This document shows positions 54,477 to 62,782 of a DNA stretch of 64,000 bases, one piece after another. The position numbers were made by a program, and so were the translations under genes. The notes below the pieces were generated by a model. It was given only the letters and a program-made list of their open reading frames with translations. It ran no database searches and was not told the DNA's origin. Source of the DNA: a virus. The DNA is taken from positions 3,750-67,749 of IMG/VR virus record IMGVR_UViG_3300041409_000267. One strand, written 5' to 3'. The stretch's first letter is position 1. Each line of letters starts with the position of its first letter.

Positions 54477-55230
54477 TTCCGTTTCTCCATTTGCGATCTG
54501 TAAACCAGAACCGGGTAGGTGAGCCGCCGTGATCAATCTCGTCTCGGGCCCGTGCAATCAAATATTCCGTGGCCGACGATTTAGTCTTGCCTTCAAACTT
54601 CACGCAGAAATCTATGGCGCTGGCAATCGCTTCCAATAGCCCCGGCTCGCGTGGTAAGCAGAGTTCTTCGGTGACCCGATGTGCGAAGGAAATTGAGGGG
54701 AGATCTTCGGGTAAATTTTCAGTACCAGAACAGGGAAGATTTCCGGCGGGCTCCCCCGGTAAAGGTTCTATGTTCTTACTGGTAATACTGGTACTCCTTA
54801 TAGGCGATGTCGTTTTACCGCCCTTTATGGAGCTTTTTACCGCCCTTTGTGGGTCACCATGGGGTGCCGTTTTACCGCCCTTTTCATCCTTATATATAGT
54901 GGTATTCGTACCGCCCATATCGAGGGGTATTTGCCGCCCTTTTCCGGCTTGAATTTTGAGCAAATAGCCCTTGGTTTTTCCCCGCCCTTTTTCGTTCACC
55001 ACGCAGGCTATGTAGCCGTCTTTTTCTAGCCCACGCAGATCCCGCTGTACCGCCCTGCGATCCGTGCCAACATCCGACATGAGGGTATCGACCGACGGAA
55101 AGCAATTCATGCCATCGCCGTCGGCGTAGGTGGCTAAAATGACCATAAGAAACTTTCGCCGCGTTGGTTTAATCCGTAGTTTTCTGGCGCACGAGATCAA
55201 CTCCAGTCGCTCGCTTGGCTTACTACTCAT
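54211..55230 (-). CDS. Replication initiator with N-terminal winged HTH
   Basis: LVILATYADGDGMNCFPSVDTL...RRAVQRDLRGLEKDGYI; contains internal iterons. Confidence 0.8.
   Translation of the reverse strand: MSSKPSERLELISCARKLRIKPTRRKFLMVILATYADGDGMNCFPSVDTLMSDVGTDRRAVQRDLRGLEKDGYIACVVNEKGRGKTKGYLLKIQAGKGRQIPLDMGGTNTTIYKDEKGGKTAPHGDPQRAVKSSIKGGKTTSPIRSTSITSKNIEPLPGEPAGNLPCSGTENLPEDLPSISFAHRVTEELCLPREPGLLEAIASAIDFCVKFEGKTKSSATEYLIARARDEIDHGGSPTRFWFTDRKWRNGNGNGYTSRQLEKRTRNREALVSLTLGDRIHGNHGHDRGAVRNGVVAEVERTNGSDPPGSRVEGNPERPFAGTDARRGGPVHGVGARKF
54813..54992. repeat. Iterons; probable replication origin
   Basis: TTTTACCGCCCTTT at 54813, 54835 and 54870, plus degenerate copies to ~54990 and an AT-rich patch; lambda-O-like arrangement. 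Confidence 0.75.
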
Positions 55231-55557
55231 TCACTTCACTCCCTGGGGTTTATTGCTTGCATGCTGCATGATCTGGTGACAATGGGAAGATCGAAATTCG
55301 GTCCCTTCCATCGTGTCTGTTTTGCGCGGTCCATGTTGTTTGTGGGCGAGTTCGCCAAAGTTCCAACCTACATACCGTGGGCATGCCGGATGGTGCTTCT
55401 TTGCTTCACACTGGCCTTTGGCGCGCAAGAAAACATCCATCCGAAGGCCGAGTATGTCCTCACCAAACAGCCGCACCCTGCCGCCCTTGGTGATGTAGCT
55501 GCGTTCATCCAGACGACCTGGGAATGGTGTCCTCGGGATCGGCTTCGAGTGCTTCAC
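55231..55557 (-). CDS. Degenerate HNH/NinG-like protein
   Basis: VFLRAKGQCE...C...ELAHKQH...HCH. Confidence 0.55.
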   Translation of the reverse strand: MKHSKPIPRTPFPGRLDERSYITKGGRVRLFGEDILGLRMDVFLRAKGQCEAKKHHPACPRYVGWNFGELAHKQHGPRKTDTMEGTEFRSSHCHQIMQHASNKPQGVK

Positions 55558-55693
55558 GCCGCGCTTCTTCCGCTTTGCGCCTGCAGAATGGCGAGCAGTA
55601 CTTGTTGCCGTTCGCGTCAACGAATGCGAACTTAGTGACGACCTCCGCGCAGTGAGGGTAAGCGCACGTGAATTGCTCTTCGTCCGGTTCCAT
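55505..55693 (-). CDS. Small zinc-finger protein
   Basis: CAYPHC...YCSPFC. Confidence 0.55.
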   Translation of the reverse strand: MEPDEEQFTCAYPHCAEVVTKFAFVDANGNKYCSPFCRRKAEEARREALEADPEDTIPRSSG

Positions 55694-55709
55694 CGCATTC
55701 CTTTCTGGA

Positions 55710-55958
55710 TCACTCGGCGACCTCGCCTATGTCCGGCAGTTCGTAGAACTCACCAATACCGCCTGGAAGTGTTATTTCAGCGCCTTCAGGAAACTTCTTC
55801 TTGGTGGACTGGCTCTGCAAAAAACCGCCGACGATCTTGAACTTTGTGCCTCCGATAAATTGCAGGTTCGCTCGTCCTAGAGCCCGACTGTTGAAGTGGT
55901 AAACCTGGCCTTCCTTCAACATACTGGCCGCGATCTTGGTTGCTTCGTTTCGGTTCAC
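55710..55958 (-). CDS. Hypothetical protein
   Basis: GTGA-coupled ORF. Confidence 0.55.
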   Translation of the reverse strand: MNRNEATKIAASMLKEGQVYHFNSRALGRANLQFIGGTKFKIVGGFLQSQSTKKKFPEGAEITLPGGIGEFYELPDIGEVAE

Positions 55959-56359
55959 GCTGCTTTCCTCGTCTTCTTCCGTGCGGCCTGTACTATCTCA
56001 ACCACACGCGCACACTGCTGTTCGTCAAAGGCGCCGATATGACACCGGTCTTCCGGTAGTTGCATCTTGCGGGAGAGCCAGACATATGCGCCGGTCCGGC
56101 CCCATCCTCGTTCTTTGATCATTGCGTCGAACTCATCGTGCGCGGCGATCCGCGCCTTCTTGCCGGCGTCGTTTGTCGGTGTACCGAGAGGTCTGCCGTC
56201 CGGATGGGCTCCGTGGACCACTCGGCAATCGGGATAGCGCGAGCAGCCCCAGAACTTCCGTGGCTGTCCGTTCGCGTAACTGAAACGCCTGGTCTCCCTG
56301 AGCACCATGTTCGATTGGCACTCAGGACAGACTGGCGCGATGATGGTTGCTGTACTCAT
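55955..56359 (-). CDS. Topoisomerase-type zinc ribbon / DUF3268-like protein
   Basis: CPEC...FWGCSRYPDC...GAHPDGRPLGTP...AHDEFD...CHIGAFD. Confidence 0.8.
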   Translation of the reverse strand: MSTATIIAPVCPECQSNMVLRETRRFSYANGQPRKFWGCSRYPDCRVVHGAHPDGRPLGTPTNDAGKKARIAAHDEFDAMIKERGWGRTGAYVWLSRKMQLPEDRCHIGAFDEQQCARVVEIVQAARKKTRKAA

Positions 56360-56363
56360 GGGT

Positions 56364-57353
56364 TTACTTTTTGAATAGATCGCCGAGAGGTACGCCCTGT
56401 ACTTCAGGCTTTGCCGATGTCTTTTCTGCATCCTTCGCGGCTTGCAGATTGGTGGCTACTGACTGCATTTCGGCCAGCATCTTGTTGACTTCTGCCGGGC
56501 TGCCGCCCATCACATAGGCGCTGGCTACTTCCGGATCGAGGACGTAAATCTTTTCGTGCAGTTCCTTGAACCGGGAGAAAGTGGAATTCTTTTCGCGCGC
56601 CTCTTCGAGGTTGGCAGCTTCGTTGTATTGGGCTCGTGGCGGCTCGGGGCTCGTGTCTGAGGCGCGACGGATGTCAGTGGGTAGCTCCGATGCTACCGTG
56701 GCTACAGCGGCCTCGTGGCGGGAAGTATCAGGCGGTATGTCCATAGCTTCTTCAGCGATAGAAAGACCGCGCAGAGCATCAGGGAACTTGTCGCGTAGCG
56801 CGAAACCCCTGGGGCGCATCTGTAGCATGCGGTCGGGGTAGTTCGTCCATGGACCGGCTTTCTTCCAGAGTCCGGCGGTCTTGGCGTCGGACACGCTGAA
56901 TTTGACGGTGTGTAGCGCATGTCCTCGCCTCTTGATCTCACAGACTCCAGTCTTGTTATCGCCGGTGCCTTCAAAGTATTCATTGATGGATTCAAAGGCT
57001 GGATGAACCATGACGATTGCCAGCGCAGAATCGCCCCAGATCGACGGACGCCCGTTAATCACCGCGATATTCTGCAAAGCGGCCATCGGCGGCAGACCGA
57101 CTTCGGCACCCATCTGCATTGCGATGAAGCAATTTTCCGGCTTGTCCTTGTAGTCTTTCGGCGCCAGATCGCTTCGGGCAATCGCGGTCGCCATCCTCCA
57201 AGCTTCATCGAAGCCGCTGAGGATAACGCCGAACCCGACCGGAACCTGAGGCCGAAGTATCTGCGGCTGCGGTTGCTCGGCGGCGACAAGGGCTGTGGTA
57301 GTTTTTTGGGTTGGGGCCGCTTCGGCGCGGTTGGTAGCTGGTGCTGTGGCCAT
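56364..57353 (-). CDS. recT: RecT-family ssDNA annealing protein
   Basis: MGAEVGLPPMAALQNIAVINGRPSIWGD...WTNYPDRML..R...FALRDKFPDALRG. Confidence 0.85.
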   Translation of the reverse strand: MATAPATNRAEAAPTQKTTTALVAAEQPQPQILRPQVPVGFGVILSGFDEAWRMATAIARSDLAPKDYKDKPENCFIAMQMGAEVGLPPMAALQNIAVINGRPSIWGDSALAIVMVHPAFESINEYFEGTGDNKTGVCEIKRRGHALHTVKFSVSDAKTAGLWKKAGPWTNYPDRMLQMRPRGFALRDKFPDALRGLSIAEEAMDIPPDTSRHEAAVATVASELPTDIRRASDTSPEPPRAQYNEAANLEEAREKNSTFSRFKELHEKIYVLDPEVASAYVMGGSPAEVNKMLAEMQSVATNLQAAKDAEKTSAKPEVQGVPLGDLFKK

Positions 57354-57403
57354 GGCTGAGTCCTCTTTCGGTTTGTCGTTGTGTGAATTCATAAACTTCT
57401 CTA

Positions 57404-57556
57404 TCTGCCGGTGGGGCTCGACACCCACTGTGTAACTCCTGCGCCTCTAGGTCTTCCCAAGCTTGCACGTTGCAGGGTCTTTGATTGTGAGAGTTACCGG
57501 AACTTCATGTGCGCTTGTTCCCGCACTTCCCGCGTGTCCTTCCACGCCGCGGCAGA
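57404..57556 (-). ncRNA. tRNA-like structured RNA with expanded central domain
   Basis: 7-bp TCTGCCG/CGGCAGA acceptor-like stem, GCGT-GGAAGGAC-ACGC D-like arm, GTGGG-TGTCGAGC-CCCAC T-like arm. Confidence 0.6.
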
Positions 57557-57568
57557 AAACTAAAATCT

Positions 57569-57793
57569 TTAGACCGCGGTGGCAAGGTGAACCTTGCGGC
57601 CGTCGATCTTGTTCCTGATGTGCTGGTGAAACCATTTGCCCGCGCTCGGTGCTGCCTTGAATTCGGCATACTGCGCCGGGGTGATTGGATAAGCGTGCGT
57701 TTGCCCGCCGTTCCGGAATACCAAATGCAACTCGCCATCGTGGTACCCCTGATGGGTAAACATGCTGCTGTCCTTGATTTCGTGCATTTCCAT
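57569..57793 (-). CDS. KTSC-domain protein
   Basis: SSMFTHQGYHDGELHLVFRNGG...Y.EFKAAPSAGKWFHQHIR. Confidence 0.85.
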   Translation of the reverse strand: MEMHEIKDSSMFTHQGYHDGELHLVFRNGGQTHAYPITPAQYAEFKAAPSAGKWFHQHIRNKIDGRKVHLATAV

Positions 57794-58068
57794 TTCATTT
57801 CTCCTTCGTTACGTTCTTGCCCGTGGGATTTAAGGGCGACAATTTACAAAAAGCGTTGATACAACTTCCGTCGGTCAGCGGTGCGCCACACTCTGGACAT
57901 ACCGGCTTGGGCTCAGTCACTGGTGGCCTTTTTGCCGTGGTGGTGCTCCACGTACTGTTTGGCCATCGAGTACAGCTTTCGCTTGCTGAAGCCGCGATGG
58001 TCGATCAGTAGCTTCTCAATCCGTAACTTAATCGCCAGTTCGCGTTGCGCCTTTTTTAGCTTGTTCAC

Positions 58069-58911
58069 TTAACCTCTCCGTGGTGTAGTGACCGGATCCG
58101 CTTTGCAGCCAGACGCATTAAAACGGCGCTTCATGGCTACCGCATAGGTGTTGAGCCCTGCCTGGTTTACCTTGAGGACCGTCAATGGCACCTTGCCCGA
58201 TGCCACATCCTTCACCAGCAGCAGGAAGTTCGCGTCATACTCGGCTGAACCTTCTTCGCCGATGACCCAGCCCTTCCAACGATTGCTCTCTGTCAGACCT
58301 TCTGTTTGTGGGAGACTTGACTCGACGATCACCGGCGCACTCCAGACTTGCTGAACCGGTTCGGCGGGCGCGGAGATGATTTCTTCGGCCAGGGCTACAT
58401 TGCCCATCTGTTCGGCTTCGATTGCAGCGTTGAGGCGGTATTCTTCCTGCCGCTTGCGCTCTTCTTCTTGGGCCTGGGCATCCGCAATAGCCTGAAGGCG
58501 TCTCTGTTCGGCTAGACGCGCGCGCTCGGCTTCCTGTGCGAACTGGGTTCGGGCATTACCCAGTAGCTTCTGAACTTGCTCGGCTGGAGTGTCGCCAGAA
58601 TTGAACTTGGCTGAGAGTTCGCGATGGAAGTTGAACCGGCGGGTCAACTCTGGCCGGAATGTGGCTTCCAGATCGTCACGGTAATCCTTCACCCTGATCA
58701 GTAAGTCGCCGGCCTGAGCGTATCTTTCCGGTGTGTTGACCGCGATCTTCAACCCGATTACACGGCCGTCTTTTATCTCGGCAACCGTGGCGAGAAACTG
58801 CTGCGTGCGCGCCAGGGCCATGCTGCGTTTTTGCTCTCCGGCGTCCGGTGACTGGATTTCCGGCGGTGCCGGTACGGTGGTCAGATTGGTTTCGGCTGGA
58901 ACGGTGGACAT
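58069..58911 (-). CDS. Coiled-coil recombination-associated protein
   Basis: Long coiled coil between the exonuclease and RecT. Confidence 0.65.
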   Translation of the reverse strand: MSTVPAETNLTTVPAPPEIQSPDAGEQKRSMALARTQQFLATVAEIKDGRVIGLKIAVNTPERYAQAGDLLIRVKDYRDDLEATFRPELTRRFNFHRELSAKFNSGDTPAEQVQKLLGNARTQFAQEAERARLAEQRRLQAIADAQAQEEERKRQEEYRLNAAIEAEQMGNVALAEEIISAPAEPVQQVWSAPVIVESSLPQTEGLTESNRWKGWVIGEEGSAEYDANFLLLVKDVASGKVPLTVLKVNQAGLNTYAVAMKRRFNASGCKADPVTTPRRG

Positions 58912-59636
58912 TACTTCACCTCGTGATTTCGTTTGTCTAATGAAATGCAGAGCGCACTCTGCCAAACTCTTAAATCTTCGGGATAGAAAACTTTGCTCTT
59001 CGGGTCGTCGCTGGTATGCAGCACAGCGTCTCGGTCTTCAAATAACTGCGGGATGATGCGCAGCATTGGTGCTGACAGAATCCCGCGCACCTGTTCCGGT
59101 GTGAGCGTGAATGGAAAGTGACCGGCGCGAATCGCTGCCTTAATTCCTTCCTCGTACGCGCATGTCTGTAACCCCCAGGAACGCTGGCCAGGACCGGAAG
59201 CATTCTTGATGTCCACGATGGCCCAGCGCTTGCCAATCTGCCCGATGGAATCAAACTGGCCACCAAACGGCATGCCGTACAACTCGAAAACGTAGCGGCC
59301 TTCGTTGATTACCGGGATGTAGCCGGTGTCTCGCCTGAATTTCTTGTAGCCTTGCAGCCGCAGCCGCACTACTTCCGGCAGACCGGCTTCCCAAACTTCC
59401 ATCACTTCAGGCGATAGCGTCTTTTGGTCTTCATCCCAGAAGTGGGCCGCTTGGTGTACCAGTTTCCCGATCTGGCGTTTGCGCTCAAGAGCCAGCGGGT
59501 TCGTTTGTTCGACGATCGCGTAGTTAGAAAACCCAAGCTCGGACAATACCTGTGTGACGCTCGGTACCACGCGACCGCTCGCCGTGTAAGCGTGATTCTT
59601 CTCGTCGAAATCGAAGGCTATCAAGGGGCTAACCAC
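58911..59636 (-). CDS. PD-(D/E)XK exonuclease (RecE/Cas4-like)
   Basis: HAY....VPSVTQVL...GKLVH...FGGQFD...IVDIKN...LQTCAY. Confidence 0.85.
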   Translation of the reverse strand: MVSPLIAFDFDEKNHAYTASGRVVPSVTQVLSELGFSNYAIVEQTNPLALERKRQIGKLVHQAAHFWDEDQKTLSPEVMEVWEAGLPEVVRLRLQGYKKFRRDTGYIPVINEGRYVFELYGMPFGGQFDSIGQIGKRWAIVDIKNASGPGQRSWGLQTCAYEEGIKAAIRAGHFPFTLTPEQVRGILSAPMLRIIPQLFEDRDAVLHTSDDPKSKVFYPEDLRVWQSALCISLDKRNHEVK

Positions 59637-60141
59637 GGACTCGACTCCTTCGATTTCTAGCTTGCTGGCTCACAGTCGCCCAGCGAACATTGCCGGGTTC
59701 GTAATGACCATCGTTGTTGATGCGATCTAACTGCAAACCTTTTGGGCAATCGCCAAGTTCGGCGTAAAACTGTTCAAAACTGGTAAAAAGAAAACGTATG
59801 CCGCGGCCACCGTAGTCTTTCCAGCAGATGCGGCGCGGGTCGGTGCACCGGCTCTTAGCTTCTTTGTATCTGCCATATTCAGAGGTGTAACTCATGCGAT
59901 GTGTGCCGCAATCACACCCGCAACTCGTGGTACTTCTGGAGCGGCGAAGGAGGCTTGCAGCAGCAACGTAGCTCATATTGCCGCAAGCACAGACACACAG
60001 CCAGACAACCACACAGCCTTCATGGCGGCCCCTGCGACCGGCTGGCCATACCGCCGTCAACTTCCCAAACTGTTGTCCGGCTATATCGGCAAAGCGCATA
60101 GCTCTGTGGTGCTTCACGCGAATGGCTTGAGCGGTTGACAT
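59629..60141 (-). CDS. HNH homing endonuclease
   Basis: GQQFGKLTAV...CVCACG...YGGRGI...LDRINNDGHYEPGNVRWAT..QARN. Confidence 0.9.
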   Translation of the reverse strand: MSTAQAIRVKHHRAMRFADIAGQQFGKLTAVWPAGRRGRHEGCVVVWLCVCACGNMSYVAAASLLRRSRSTTSCGCDCGTHRMSYTSEYGRYKEAKSRCTDPRRICWKDYGGRGIRFLFTSFEQFYAELGDCPKGLQLDRINNDGHYEPGNVRWATVSQQARNRRSRVRG

Positions 60142-60143
60142 GG

Positions 60144-60533
60144 CTACGCGGTGACCAGCTCTCTTGTTTCGGTGAGCCACAGGGCTGCGCGACGTGATTG
60201 CTCGGCGTAGAGAATCGGCAGAAGGCGCTCGCGGCGCCGCCAATCGTTTTCGCCCAAGTCGCGGAATTCAGTTTCGGCCAAGTAGGACGGATGGTTTCCG
60301 TAGTCTGGTGAAGGTAAATTCCACCAGGAGGCATGAACGACCAGGAGGTGATGAGCGGCGTTTGCAGTCTCGGCTGCCATCTCGCCGCGGTACGAGTGAT
60401 CTGCTGTGGGGAAACCCACGAAGCAACAGCAGGAATTGAATGACAGTTTGCCGTCTTCGGTGTGGGCGATCAGCGCGGCCAGTGTTTCGTCGTTGTATGC
60501 TGTCTCTAGATACTTCTGAATGTTTGCGGTCAT
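60144..60533 (-). CDS. Hypothetical protein
   Basis: AGGGG RBS. Confidence 0.65.
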   Translation of the reverse strand: MTANIQKYLETAYNDETLAALIAHTEDGKLSFNSCCCFVGFPTADHSYRGEMAAETANAAHHLLVVHASWWNLPSPDYGNHPSYLAETEFRDLGENDWRRRERLLPILYAEQSRRAALWLTETRELVTA

Positions 60534-60617
60534 AATCCCCTTTCAGGTTTGGTTGAAAGCCCGTAACCGGTTTCGGTCGGCCACGGGCCTTGTCGAAAAA
60601 CCAAAGTTGCTATGGCG

Positions 60618-60875
60618 TTATGTTCGAGGGCCGCTTTTCACTTCTTCGGCCCGCATGGTGGCCTCCTCTCTTTGTTTCGACCTGCGTGGATAAACAATCG
60701 ACATCGACTGCAAAGAAAACGGAAATTCTTTTCCGCAGTCGATACAAACTCTGTACGTCCCGGTGATGAGCGCTGCCGGTGTAAGCGCGGCTGACGTTGG
60801 GCGGTTTCTTACCGGAGTAATCGGCACGGTGAGGTTCCGGTGGTGACAACCGAAGATGCGCGACCACAGGCTCAT
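60618..60875 (-). CDS. Small zinc-binding protein
   Basis: IFGCHHRNLTVPITP...TYRVCIDCGKEFP. Confidence 0.7.
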   Translation of the reverse strand: MSLWSRIFGCHHRNLTVPITPVRNRPTSAALTPAALITGTYRVCIDCGKEFPFSLQSMSIVYPRRSKQREEATMRAEEVKSGPRT

Positions 60876-61192
60876 GCGACGGTTACCTCTTGGGCTTGTG
60901 CGGCCTTTTTGAGCCCTTCCAATTCCTTGAGTGCGGCATCACGCTGTTTTTCGGCAAACTCTAACTTCTGCGTGACAAAACACATGGTCGTGCAAAGGGC
61001 CTCGTGGGTGTCTTTGTACGCTGCTGCAAACTTGATAAGCCCCTCGCGGACGTGGGCGATCCGCCTCTCGTGGCAACCCGAGCGCCCGCCACTCGGCAGG
61101 GTCGATACAATCTCACGTGCTGCGTAGGCCGGGTCTGGTGGCAGAACGCTTTTCACCTGGAAGCCTCCATCATCAGTTCCCAAAAGAACCAA
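60872..61192 (-). CDS. Hypothetical coiled-coil protein (start uncertain)
   Basis: ATGA coupling to the next gene. Confidence 0.5.
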   Translation of the reverse strand: MVLLGTDDGGFQVKSVLPPDPAYAAREIVSTLPSGGRSGCHERRIAHVREGLIKFAAAYKDTHEALCTTMCFVTQKLEFAEKQRDAALKELEGLKKAAQAQEVTVA

Positions 61193-61259
61193 ATTCCCAT
61201 AGCCATTAGCGCGGCCACATAAGCAGCGTTGGCCAATTTCTCCGACAAGGTGAAGGGGT

Positions 61260-61505
61260 TCATGAGGCTTTCTCCGACGTGAGCGCTATCACGCGGTTAA
61301 CTGAATGCAGACAGCGCCGGTATGCCGCTAGGCTTTCTTTCAGGGCGCGCATGCTTTTGAGGTACGCGGCATCATGGAACGCGTGATTTGGCCGCGTCTC
61401 GCTGTCGATGTAGCCCTCTGTACATTCAATCGCAACCACAAAACCTTGAGCGATTACCTTCAGTTCGTCAGTGCGGACGATTGCTCCAACCGGGCAAGAT
61501 TTCAT
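61260..61505 (-). CDS. Hypothetical protein
   Basis: MKSCPVG... with GTGGGG RBS. Confidence 0.5.
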   Translation of the reverse strand: MKSCPVGAIVRTDELKVIAQGFVVAIECTEGYIDSETRPNHAFHDAAYLKSMRALKESLAAYRRCLHSVNRVIALTSEKAS

Positions 61506-61605
61506 AGCCCCACCACGATTTGAAAGAAGACAGCGCCGATAGCGGCAAGAGCCACAGAACAACCGAAGCCAAGAGCAAAGACGAACCAGAGAGAGGCGCG
61601 GGGGG

Positions 61606-61785
61606 TCATTGGGCCTCCAATTCTTTGAAGGCATTGCGCTGCTGAGTTTCAAGGTAGGTGGTGATGCGACGGAGTTTTTCCCATACCACGGTCGATGTCC
61701 GGTAGGTCGCGAACCGGGCTTTCTCGATGATGCTCAAAGCATCAGAAAGATTTTCGACTTCTTGAACGGCGCTGGTGGTTGTCAT
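61606..61785 (-). CDS. Small hypothetical protein
   Basis: GGAG RBS; helical. Confidence 0.5.
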   Translation of the reverse strand: MTTTSAVQEVENLSDALSIIEKARFATYRTSTVVWEKLRRITTYLETQQRNAFKELEAQ

Positions 61786-61891
61786 CGGCAGGAACTCCAA
61801 TCGTTCGGTTGGCTGCTGGTTGTTGCTGGGGAGAGATCGACGGGTGACTCAGAACCTCAGACTGCGCGACCTATCCCCAACTTTTTAAAAA

Positions 61892-62113
61892 TCATGCAAA
61901 TACCAATGTCTCTTTGAAATAACCCTTCAACTCAATCGCCTTCAGCAGATTGCTGACGCGCCCAGGATCAAGGCTCATCTCTGCGGCTATCTCGTTGTTT
62001 GCCGGTCTCCGGCCTCCGCGCTTGCGGGTCATGTGTTTAAAAACCTCAAGGAACTCGCGCTCTTTTTCGGTGAGCTCGTGCTGCGGTGTAGGTAGTTTTG
62101 CTACTTTTTTCAT
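61892..62113 (-). CDS. LexA-type winged-HTH regulator (DNA-binding domain only)
   Basis: LTEKEREFLE...RPANNEIAAEMSL...VSNLLKAIELKGY; no S24 peptidase domain. Confidence 0.8.
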   Translation of the reverse strand: MKKVAKLPTPQHELTEKEREFLEVFKHMTRKRGGRRPANNEIAAEMSLDPGRVSNLLKAIELKGYFKETLVFA

Positions 62114-62151
62114 GGGTGCTTGATGTCCTACAAGATACCTTGAACGTGCTA

Positions 62152-62180
62152 ACAATATCCCCTCAATTTTACAGTGTCAA
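62152..62180 (-). promoter_or_regulatory. Leftward early promoter
   Basis: TTGACA-N17-TATTGT. Confidence 0.75.
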
Positions 62181-62211
62181 GGGAAATTTCAATCTTTTTT
62201 ACAATTTATTG

Positions 62212-62240
62212 TTGCAATCACCGGTACAGTGTATTACATT
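62212..62240 (+). promoter_or_regulatory. Rightward promoter (xis-int operon)
   Basis: TTGCAA-N17-TACATT. Confidence 0.6.
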
Positions 62241-62321
62241 GCATTTACAACACGGTACCTTGCTGCACCGTGAACAGTGCAGTAATTCAGGTAAGTGAAT
62301 GAAGAGATTGAGAATAAATAG

Positions 62322-62558
62322 ATGAGAACCGTTTTTCTGGATTACGACACTCGGACGCGCAACAAGACGCTGCGTTTTTGCGTGAGGTGCCAGAAAGACA
62401 TCAAGCTAGAAGCCAAGGCGAGAATTGTTCGTGTGACGCCGGAGGCCATGGTGATTCACCCGGAAGACGTGCAGGCTGGCATTGGCGAAGACTTCCTGAT
62501 TGGCGTAGACTGCGCGCGAAAAATCGGTATGGAGTTCTCAAGGCCAGAATTGCCATGA
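62322..62558 (+). CDS. Zinc-finger hypothetical protein
   Basis: FCVRCQK...IGVDCARKIG. Confidence 0.7.
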   Translation: MRTVFLDYDTRTRNKTLRFCVRCQKDIKLEAKARIVRVTPEAMVIHPEDVQAGIGEDFLIGVDCARKIGMEFSRPELP

Positions 62559-62782
62559 TCGAGAAGATGCCCCAACTCGTAGACCAGAAGGTAGCCGCCG
62601 AGATGCTGGCGGTAACCCCTCACACCATGGAGCGCTGGCGCTATGAGGGTGTAGGACCGGAATACATAAAAATTGGCTCTGGCCGCCGGGGGATCGTGCG
62701 CTATGATGTGCGAGTTCTCTTGGCGTTTATCCGGGCGAACACCCATGTGCCTTCCGTGCGGGCCGCACAGGACAGCGCATGA
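62555..62782 (+). CDS. xis: Excisionase (MerR/AlpA-like HTH)
   Basis: AAEMLAVTPHTMERWRYEGVGPEYIKIG...VRYD; ATGA-coupled to the integrase. Confidence 0.85.
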   Translation: MIEKMPQLVDQKVAAEMLAVTPHTMERWRYEGVGPEYIKIGSGRRGIVRYDVRVLLAFIRANTHVPSVRAAQDSA

